A DNA stretch of 64,000 bases, from NCBI GenBank assembly GCA_040756875.1, contig JBFLYH010000001.1:1-64000 (forward strand), in the 5' to 3' direction. The notes under the pieces were generated by a model. The model did not search any database and was not told where the DNA came from. It saw nothing but the letters and a program-made list of their open reading frames with translations. Each line of letters opens with the position of its first letter. Positions within the stretch are counted from its first letter, which is position 1. Both the position numbers and the translations under genes were made by a program. Below, piece after piece: positions 56,694 to 64,000 of the stretch. The DNA is from a candidate division FCPU426 bacterium. Its GTDB lineage: Bacteria; Oederibacteriota; JAAXVQ01; JAUVAV01.

Positions 56694-58967
56694 TCAACGC
56701 ATGATGGCGACCTTTAAAACCTCGTAAACCTCATTATCCAGTGTAATGACAACCAGATACAGGCCGCTGGCCACGTCGCCGCAATTCCAGACGATTGTTT
56801 GACCGGCTCCGGCGGGCAGCGACTGCCGGAGCAACGCCACTTTTTCCCCGCCGAAATTGAGAATGGAAATCTGAACGGCTGACGGCTGACTCAGATGCAA
56901 CAGGAAGCTCATGCGATCTTTGGCTGGATTGGGATAAGCCAGGACGCGTTTGTGGTTAAGGGCGACCTGTTCCAACCCGCCCCCGGTTGCAGTTACGGTC
57001 AGCGTGACAGTGGCTGTCGGCGTAGCCGAGAGCGCCGGGGGATATCCGATTGGAGTGGGAGTGAAAGTCGGCGTATCCGGGGCGATCGGCGTCATGGTCG
57101 GCGTGGGCGTATCAGTCTGCGTAGCGTTCAGCGTGGGCGAGGCGGTAGATGAGGCCGTGCCGGTGGCTGTAACTGTGGCCGTGGCTGTGCGCGTAGCCGT
57201 GGCGGTGGCCGTAACCGTTGCGGTCCCTGAAGGCGTAGCGGTCCGGGTGTCAGCCTGAGTGGCCGTGAGCGTAGCGGTGGCCGTGGCGGTAACCGTCGCG
57301 GTCCCTGAAGGCGTGGCGGTCCGGGTGTCGGCCTGAGTAACCGTGGCCGTGAAGCTTGGCGTCACCGTGGGCGTGGAGGTGACGGTTCGTGTGGCGGTGA
57401 AGCTCGACGTGGCCGTGAAGGTCGGGGTGATGGTACACGTGGTGCTGGGTGTGACCGTCGCGGTGGAAGTGAACGTCGCCGTGGGCGGAGTGAGCGTGGT
57501 CGCGGAAATCGTGTTGGAATAATAACTTTCATGCATTCCGTTGTAGGCCCGAATGCGGTAGAAATAAGTGGTGCCCGGGGACAGTCCGGTCACGGGATAG
57601 GAGACCACGTTGCCCACATCTTGGTTGGCATAACCTGGGACCAAATCCGTGCATTCCGCGTTCGTGGCCACTTCCAGCAGATAGCCGGCGGCGCCGGTCG
57701 CGGCGTTCCAGTTGGCCGTGTAACCAGACAATCCCACTCCGGTGGCTGCCGTGGCCGTCGGCAAGGAACCGTTGTATTCGCAGGCGCCTTTGTCCGCGGT
57801 ACCTGAGCGCAGATATCCCCGGCTGTCCACGAAAGGCGCGCTGTTGCCACTGGCCGGATCGATGACCTGGCTGCCGAGGTTGGGAAGGTGCGTGGAGACA
57901 TAACCGCCGTTGGTACTCAGGGCCGCCAGGTTGGCGTTTTGCTTGGCTGCTTCCGTGCCCACGATGTCTCCCGTGGTCCAGGTGTAGGTTTGCGAGCCGG
58001 TCGAACCGATCAAGTTGTAGCCGGAGGAGCTAAAGGAGACCGAGTCCCCACCGTAGAGGCCGGCGGTATCCAGAAAAATGTCCGTGTCGCCCATGCCATT
58101 TGAGGGCAGATTGCCGGCGATGACCGTATTGCGCAGGTTCACGCTGCCGGCGTCCGCAAAGAGCCCGGCTTCATATTGGGCGGATACGTTGGACGTAACC
58201 GTGCAGTTGATCAGGCTCAAGCTGCCAGTGGAATTGTGGACAATGGCCGAATCGGCGTACGAGTTATTGCCGCTGATCGTACAGTTGCTCAGGGTGGCGG
58301 TTTTTCCGGAAGTGCCCCAATTGCAGAGCGCCGACCCGAAGTAGGCGGTATTGTTGTAGAGGACGCAATAGGCCAAGGTGAGGTTGCCGGCGGTGTAAAC
58401 CGCCCCGCCTTCGCATCCGGCTGTCATGGGGACCGAGTTCATGTAAACAGAGGAGCGAAGCAGCGTCAGCGAGGCGCCGGAAGGAACGTAAAAACCAGCT
58501 CCGTGGTTGCTGCCGCCAATGAGAGTATTGTTGACCAGGCAGCACTCGTCCATGGTGACCACGGCCGTGCCGCTCAGGCGGACCCCGGCGCCGTTTTCGC
58601 CGCTGCCGCTGACCCGGCCGTTGGCCAATGTCAGCCGGGAAATGGAAACCGTGCCTGAAGTAATATCGAAAACACGCCCGACATTGTTGCCCGAGACGAT
58701 CAAGTAAGCGGCGCCTGGGCCACGGATGGATAGGTTTTTATTCACTGTCAAGGCGGAGGCTAAAGTAATCGTAGCCGGATAAGTCAGGGAGAAAACGATG
58801 CTGTCGCCGGGCGAGGCGTCGGTAATAGCCTGACGCAAGGTGTTGGCCCCGCTGTCCGCCGTGCTGGTGACGGTAATAAATGCGGCCTTGGCCTCCGTAT
58901 AAAAAACCGCGAAAATAAAAAGTGAAAATGCCAGTGTACGTATAATGGATGCGGCACTTCGTTTCAT
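56694..58967 (-). CDS. Secreted beta-helix (choice-of-anchor Q-like) plus FN3 protein with Thr/Pro linker and C-terminal sorting-like domain
   Basis: Signal peptide, VTSTADSG..TLRQAI, GG/N-rich helix repeats, ADKGACE, FN3 (GLSPGTTYFYRIRA), terminal YPNPA...GLYL...KVAIMR. Confidence 0.82.
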   Translation of the reverse strand: MKRSAASIIRTLAFSLFIFAVFYTEAKAAFITVTSTADSGANTLRQAITDASPGDSIVFSLTYPATITLASALTVNKNLSIRGPGAAYLIVSGNNVGRVFDITSGTVSISRLTLANGRVSGSGENGAGVRLSGTAVVTMDECCLVNNTLIGGSNHGAGFYVPSGASLTLLRSSVYMNSVPMTAGCEGGAVYTAGNLTLAYCVLYNNTAYFGSALCNWGTSGKTATLSNCTISGNNSYADSAIVHNSTGSLSLINCTVTSNVSAQYEAGLFADAGSVNLRNTVIAGNLPSNGMGDTDIFLDTAGLYGGDSVSFSSSGYNLIGSTGSQTYTWTTGDIVGTEAAKQNANLAALSTNGGYVSTHLPNLGSQVIDPASGNSAPFVDSRGYLRSGTADKGACEYNGSLPTATAATGVGLSGYTANWNAATGAAGYLLEVATNAECTDLVPGYANQDVGNVVSYPVTGLSPGTTYFYRIRAYNGMHESYYSNTISATTLTPPTATFTSTATVTPSTTCTITPTFTATSSFTATRTVTSTPTVTPSFTATVTQADTRTATPSGTATVTATATATLTATQADTRTATPSGTATVTATATATRTATATVTATGTASSTASPTLNATQTDTPTPTMTPIAPDTPTFTPTPIGYPPALSATPTATVTLTVTATGGGLEQVALNHKRVLAYPNPAKDRMSFLLHLSQPSAVQISILNFGGEKVALLRQSLPAGAGQTIVWNCGDVASGLYLVVITLDNEVYEVLKVAIMR

Positions 58968-59222
58968 GAGAAGGCCTCTTTTCTTTTTTAAAAACTTGCA
59001 TTTTATTCAAGCGCTGTTTCAAGACTACATGGCGTCTCAACGCGAATATTCATTGCCTATCTACTATTTTCGTCATTACGGGGTATGAATTTATAGGGAA
59101 GTGCAACAAATATGAAGGTGGATCTATTATGAGATCCGCAAAGAAAGCTTGTTGATTTATTTAGAATCTGTGATATATATTAGTAAATAACTAAATTAGT
59201 AAATAAGTAAACAGGAGAAAAA

Positions 59223-59702
59223 ATGAATATTCCGACCACATTAAAACACAAGCCGGTCATTGTCTGTGAAAACTATGAAAATATCGACGGAAGATACGCT
59301 TATCGAACGGATACGAAAGGCCTTTCCTTGGGCCTGGCGCAATGGAATGACCGGGGTAAAGTGGAAATATCAGCCAAAGTCTGGCGGTATACGGGCGAGA
59401 AATGGTCGCGCCAATCCGAAGAACTGCCATTGCATCGTGTCTTGGATTTGGCCATCCTGGTTTGCAGGACGCGCCAGTATTTCAACCAAGCCTACCGCTA
59501 CGAAAAGTTGTACGATTCGGCAAAAACCGTTATTGACCGGGTGGGGCTGCAAGGGGATGCCATGACCGTCGCGATTTGCACTGCCAATGACAAGATCGAT
59601 GAGGATATCAAATTGTTCCAGCAGGCGCTCAGTCAGGACGACGAATTAATCAGCGAACGGTTGCACACGCTGGCGAGAATTTTAAAAGAATTGGAGATTT
59701 GA
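59223..59702 (+). CDS. Conserved hypothetical protein (DUF6530-like)
   Basis: IPTTLKHKPV, LSLGLAQWN, SAKVWR, KWSRQSEELPLHRVLDL; family recognised from memory only. Confidence 0.7.
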   Translation: MNIPTTLKHKPVIVCENYENIDGRYAYRTDTKGLSLGLAQWNDRGKVEISAKVWRYTGEKWSRQSEELPLHRVLDLAILVCRTRQYFNQAYRYEKLYDSAKTVIDRVGLQGDAMTVAICTANDKIDEDIKLFQQALSQDDELISERLHTLARILKELEI

Positions 59703-59767
59703 CTTCACCAAGTCTGTTTTTACAGATACACTGAATGTGAAACCTCGCTCTCTTTCAAGGAAACCAA

Positions 59768-60604
59768 ATGAGCAAATTATTTAAAAATTATCCCTTGCCG
59801 GCTTTTTTTCTTCTGGCGTTTTTCTTTTCTTGGGCGTCATGGTCGCTGCTGATCGCCACCACGCCGCCGGGGAAGATGATGGAAACCGGCCCCAGCCCCG
59901 CTTTTCTGGCCATCGCCCTGTTGGGCGGAATGGGGCCCAGCCTGGCCGGAATGGCCATGGCCGGCCTCCTGGAAGGGAAAGCCGGCCTCCGCGGCCTGTT
60001 ATCCGGATTAACCAGACCGCAGGGCGGCTTGCGCTGGTACTTGGTGTCCCTTTTTACCGTTCCGCTTTTGAGCCTGGCGGTCCTGGGGTTGTTTTATTTG
60101 CTTCATCATTCGCTGCCTTTGGGCGACCTGCGCAGTCGGTTGGGCTTGGGGTTGACGTGGCCGTTGTTTTCCAGCTTGGGAGAAGAATTAGGCTGGCGAG
60201 GCTTTGCTTTGCCCAGGCTGCAGCAGCGTTTCAAGCCGGCAGGCTCTGCACTCGCCATCGGTTTGCTGTGGGGCGTGTGGCACTTGCCGGCAGACTACCT
60301 GGGGATCGGCAATCAGGGGTTATTGTTTATTTTGAATTTCGTCATTCTGGGACCGGTGATGCTTACGGGTTTTTCAGTATTGATGACCTGGGTGTACAAC
60401 CGGACCAAGGGAGATTTGTTGGCCATGGTTCTTTTTCATTACAGCATTACCTTCAGCGCCATTGTGCTGACTGTGCCCGGCCTGGCGGGAACCGAGGGCG
60501 TGCAATTCAATCTTCTCTCCGCGGCCGCGGTCTGGGTGGCGGCCGGGTGGGCTTTAGTCCGCATGGCCAAGGCAAGCCAAGACCGGAAAGAGGCAGGAAC
60601 ATGA
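59768..60604 (+). CDS. CPBP (Abi/CAAX) family intramembrane protease
   Basis: GEELGWRG, WGVWH and H motif (MVLFH). Confidence 0.9.
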   Translation: MSKLFKNYPLPAFFLLAFFFSWASWSLLIATTPPGKMMETGPSPAFLAIALLGGMGPSLAGMAMAGLLEGKAGLRGLLSGLTRPQGGLRWYLVSLFTVPLLSLAVLGLFYLLHHSLPLGDLRSRLGLGLTWPLFSSLGEELGWRGFALPRLQQRFKPAGSALAIGLLWGVWHLPADYLGIGNQGLLFILNFVILGPVMLTGFSVLMTWVYNRTKGDLLAMVLFHYSITFSAIVLTVPGLAGTEGVQFNLLSAAAVWVAAGWALVRMAKASQDRKEAGT

Positions 60605-61446
60605 GCAAACCAGACTATGTGCACGGTTATTCGGAGCTGGAGGCCGAGAGGTTGTTTGACCAGGCCAATACGCTCGCCGAATTATTGCATCACGACACCC
60701 GCTTTCCGGCCGGGCACACCGTGCTGGAGGCAGGGTGCGGGGTGGGCGCTCAAACGGCCATCGTGGCCGGAAAGAATACCGGGGTGAAGTTCGTCTCCGT
60801 GGACGTTTCCGAACCGTCCCTGGAAACCAACCGTAAGCAATTGGCTGCTAAAGGGATAAACAATGTCGATTTGCGGCAGGCGGATATTTTCAACCTGCCG
60901 TTTCCCGAGCGAAGTTTCGACCATGTGTTTGTGTGTTTTGTCCTGGAACATCTGGCTGAACCTGTGAAGGCCCTGGAAAAACTGAAGCGGGTGCTCAAAC
61001 CCGGCGGCAGCATTACTGTGATCGAAGGCGACCACGGCTCGAGTCTGTTTTCGCCGTTCAGTAATAAAGCCTGGGCAACCGTCCAATGCCTGATCGACGT
61101 GCAAAAGCGGTTGGGCGGGGATTCGCTGATCGGAAGAACGCTTTTTCCGCTCCTGCGCCGCGCGGGATTCGAAAAAGTCGCGGTCTCGCCACGCTTTGTT
61201 TATGCCGATGACAGCCGGCCGGAATGGGTGGAGGGTTTTACCCGCCGGACTTACATTGCCATGGTCAAGGGAGTCAGAGAACAGGCGCTGGAAATGAACC
61301 TGATCAGCGAAACGGACTGGGATGAAGGAATCAGGGATTTGGAGCGAACAGCCGGACCGGACGGGGTTTTTTGCTACACCTTTTTTAAAGCCACGGCCCA
61401 CCAGGCCGGGGTGTTGTCCCCGGAGAAGGAAGAGACGCATGCCTGA
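60601..61446 (+). CDS. Class I SAM-dependent methyltransferase
   Basis: YVHGYS, VLEAGCGVG, FDHVFVCFVLEH, LKPGG. Confidence 0.92.
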   Translation: MSKPDYVHGYSELEAERLFDQANTLAELLHHDTRFPAGHTVLEAGCGVGAQTAIVAGKNTGVKFVSVDVSEPSLETNRKQLAAKGINNVDLRQADIFNLPFPERSFDHVFVCFVLEHLAEPVKALEKLKRVLKPGGSITVIEGDHGSSLFSPFSNKAWATVQCLIDVQKRLGGDSLIGRTLFPLLRRAGFEKVAVSPRFVYADDSRPEWVEGFTRRTYIAMVKGVREQALEMNLISETDWDEGIRDLERTAGPDGVFCYTFFKATAHQAGVLSPEKEETHA

Positions 61447-62536
61447 CTTTCAGGCGCCGACAGCCCTTGGGTGGAGCCCTTTTTTTGAAAAGCAAATTGC
61501 CCCGGAGGAACGGCATTTACTGGCTGCCCGCGTTGCGGCCGTGCACAAGCATCGTTTTGCGCTGGTGGGCGAGTCAGGCGCGCTTTCGGCCGTGGTGGCG
61601 GGAAAAACCCTGCACATGGCCGCGGCCGAAGCTGATTTGCCGGTGGTCGGTGATTGGGTGCTGGCCAAACCGCCGGTCGGCGGCACCACGGTCATCGTGC
61701 GGCGCCTCGAACGCCGCTCTGAGTTGTCGCGCCGCCGTCCGCTTGACCGCAATGCCAGCACGGCTTCTTCCGAACGCCAGGTCATGGCCAGCAATCTGGA
61801 TTTTGTTTTCATTGTCATGAGCCTGAACCAGGATCTGAATCCGGCGCGCCTGGAGCGGGCGCTGACCGTGGTCTGGAACAGCGGCGCCGTGCCGGTCGTG
61901 CTGTTGAGCAAAGCGGACATTTGCCCGGAGGCGGATTTCAAGGCCGGGGAAATCCAAGCCGTTGCCATGGGAGCCGACGTCCATTTTTTCAGCGGCCTGC
62001 AGGGTCAGGGGCTGGAACGCATCACAGCCTATTTCAAAACCGGCACGACCGCCTGCCTGATCGGGTCGTCCGGCGTCGGAAAGACCACCTTGATCAACGC
62101 GTTGTGCGGGACCCGGCAAAAAACCCTGGCGATCCGGGAAGACGACAGCAAAGGCCGTCACGCCACCACCGGCCGCGCCTTGTTTTTCCTGCCGGGGGGC
62201 GGGATGATCATCGACACGCCGGGCTTGCGCGAAATCGGCTTGATGGATGACGCCGATTTACGGGCTTCGTTCGCGGATATCGCCGGATGGGCGGGAAACT
62301 GCAAATACTCCGACTGCACCCATCAGGTCGAACCGGGGTGCGCGGTGCTGGCGGCCGTGGCCGACGGCCGGATCAAGCGCGAACGGTATGACAGCTACCT
62401 GAAACTGTGCCGGGAATTGGCCTTTCAGGCGGGCAGGCAATCCGTGGCCGGCCGCCTGGAGGCCAAAAAGAAGCAGAAACAGCTGGGGAAGGTGATCAAG
62501 CAATACCAGCAAGAAAACTTCAAACGCAGAGATTAA
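61439..62536 (+). CDS. rsgA: Ribosome small-subunit-dependent GTPase A
   Basis: VVGDWV, SKAD, GSSGVGKTT, GRHATT, DTPG, zinc finger CKYSDCTH...GC. Confidence 0.92.
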   Translation: MPDFQAPTALGWSPFFEKQIAPEERHLLAARVAAVHKHRFALVGESGALSAVVAGKTLHMAAAEADLPVVGDWVLAKPPVGGTTVIVRRLERRSELSRRRPLDRNASTASSERQVMASNLDFVFIVMSLNQDLNPARLERALTVVWNSGAVPVVLLSKADICPEADFKAGEIQAVAMGADVHFFSGLQGQGLERITAYFKTGTTACLIGSSGVGKTTLINALCGTRQKTLAIREDDSKGRHATTGRALFFLPGGGMIIDTPGLREIGLMDDADLRASFADIAGWAGNCKYSDCTHQVEPGCAVLAAVADGRIKRERYDSYLKLCRELAFQAGRQSVAGRLEAKKKQKQLGKVIKQYQQENFKRRD

Positions 62537-62607
62537 TTCCGGGCAGCCGCCGGGCGAAATTGCGTTTATCCATTCAACCTCTGATGTCTCCTTGAAACAT
62601 CCTGGTC

Positions 62608-62648
62608 TTGACAAACACTTGAGGAACCATATAATGCATATATATGCA
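62608..62648 (+). promoter_or_regulatory. Consensus promoter with adjoining palindromic operator
   Basis: TTGACA-16 nt-TATAAT (62608-62635) followed by the perfect palindrome TGCATATATATGCA (62635-62648). Confidence 0.75.
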
Positions 62649-62665
62649 AAAAGGCGGCATGGCCT

Positions 62666-62971
62666 ATGAGACCTAAGAAAACCCGCTGGATTACCTGCGA
62701 GCCGGGCGAACGTTGTTTCAGGCCCCATTGCAAATCCCTGGATGAATTGCAGGGCGTGATTTTGACTTTGGACGAATTTGAAGCGCTGAGGTTGACCCAT
62801 TTGACGGGTTATGACCAGACCCGGATTGCCAAAGAGATGAAGCTTCACCAGTCAACCATTTCACGAATACTGGATTCTGCGCACCGGAAAGTGACGGACG
62901 CGCTGGTGAACATCAAGGCCATCAGGATCGAAACCGGATGCTGCCAGATCAAGGGAAAGAAACGACAATGA
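62666..62971 (+). CDS. DUF134 (UPF0251) HTH protein
   Basis: MRPKKTR, LTLDEFEALRL, STISRIL.SA.RKV.DALV. Confidence 0.88.
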   Translation: MRPKKTRWITCEPGERCFRPHCKSLDELQGVILTLDEFEALRLTHLTGYDQTRIAKEMKLHQSTISRILDSAHRKVTDALVNIKAIRIETGCCQIKGKKRQ

Positions 62972-63999
62972 AAATGTGGAAAAACATTTTATGGATGACG
63001 GGGATATTTCTTGGCGTCTATTTTCTGCCGCTGGATAGCGTGCGGTTCAATGCCGCCCTTTACGAGGCTTTGGCGCTGACCAAATGGTATGCGCGCGAAC
63101 ATGTGCTTTTGTGCCTGGTTCCGGCTTTTTTTATCGCCGGTGCCATCACCGTGTTCGTCAGCCAAGCGTCGGTGCTGAAGTATTTTGGGGCCAAGGCCAA
63201 CAAAATGCTGTCATACGGCGTCGCTTCGGTTTCCGGAACCATTCTGGCGGTGTGTTCCTGCACCGTGCTGCCTATTTTCACGGGTATTTACAAGCGCGGC
63301 GCGGGCTTGGGCCCGGCCATCGCGTTTCTTTATTCCGGCCCGGCCATCAATGTTTTGGCAATCATATTGACCGCCAGGATATTGGGGTGGGAACTGGGTT
63401 TGGCCAGGGTGATAGGCGCGGTGGCCTTCAGCGTGGTCATTGGATTGTTGATGCATTTTATTTTCCTTAAGGAAGAGCGCGAACGCCACGCCGGAGAAGG
63501 TTTCGCGCTGCCCCAGGAGGAACAGGCGGGCAGGTCCCTGTTCCGGACGGCCCTTCATTTTGCCTCCATGATCGCAGTGCTCATTTTTGCCAACTGGGCC
63601 AAGCCGCAAACAGGGGATCAGGGGTTGTGGGTGGTCATCTACAACCTTAAATGGTGGCTGACCGCGATTTCCCTGGCCAGTCTGATCGTCATGACGGCCT
63701 TTTGGTTCAAAAGGGGCGAAGTGAAGGCCTGGGGAAGTTCGGCCTGGGATTTTGCGTTGCAGATTCTGCCTTTGCTTCTGGGCGGGGTATTGGTCTCCGG
63801 CTTCCTTTTGGGGCGCGCGGGGCATGAAGGCATTATTCCGTCCCAATGGATCACGCACCTGGTGGGCGGTAATTCATTCTTTGCCAATTTCTTTGCGTCT
63901 GTGGTTGCTGCGTTCATGTACTTTGCCACACTGACCGAGGTGCCGATTTTGCAAGGGCTTATCGGCGCGGGTATGGGAAAGGGCCCGGCTTTGGCGCTG
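62968..63999 (+). CDS. DUF318/ArsP-like permease (3'-truncated by window edge)
   Basis: Open frame from ATG62968: EHVLLCLVPAFFIAGAI, LAVCSCTVLP, FLYSGPAIN, FMYFATLTEVPI. Confidence 0.85.
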   Translation, partial: MKMWKNILWMTGIFLGVYFLPLDSVRFNAALYEALALTKWYAREHVLLCLVPAFFIAGAITVFVSQASVLKYFGAKANKMLSYGVASVSGTILAVCSCTVLPIFTGIYKRGAGLGPAIAFLYSGPAINVLAIILTARILGWELGLARVIGAVAFSVVIGLLMHFIFLKEERERHAGEGFALPQEEQAGRSLFRTALHFASMIAVLIFANWAKPQTGDQGLWVVIYNLKWWLTAISLASLIVMTAFWFKRGEVKAWGSSAWDFALQILPLLLGGVLVSGFLLGRAGHEGIIPSQWITHLVGGNSFFANFFASVVAAFMYFATLTEVPILQGLIGAGMGKGPALAL

Positions 64000-64000
64000 C

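Overview
This is a GC-rich bacterial chromosome segment, probably from an anaerobic diderm (outer-membrane barrels, TonB-dependent receptors, six-domain S1, [FeFe]-hydrogenase). From 1 to 33.7 kb lies a co-directional housekeeping run: ruvCAB, mtnA, trpS-scpAB-rluB, pheA-hisC-aroF-tyrA-aroA-cmk-plsC-ispH-rpsA, xseAB-ispA-dxs-tlyA-recN, a four-subunit 2-oxoacid:ferredoxin oxidoreductase and a short ArgA. The most striking locus is at 33.7-41.0 kb. A stressosome module (RsbT-like kinase/PP2C fusion, RsbR, RsbS, RsbT) with a TusA-family sulfur carrier inside it runs directly into HdrA-MvhD-[FeFe]-hydrogenase. No HdrBC, MvhAG, HydBC or conventional stressosome output gene is present in the window, and the hydrogenase N-terminal Fe-S sites are degenerate. 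After tRNA-Val and tRNA-Asp (whose 3' end recurs twice downstream) comes an accessory region. It holds two secreted proteins with Thr/Pro linkers and a shared T9SS-type-A-like C-terminal domain, two TonB-dependent receptors flanking a GbsR/MarR-radical SAM-nitroreductase cassette, and DUF6530, CPBP protease, methyltransferase, RsgA, DUF134 and permease genes. All calls come from motif recognition by eye; no database searches were run, and novelty claims are limited to my own knowledge.
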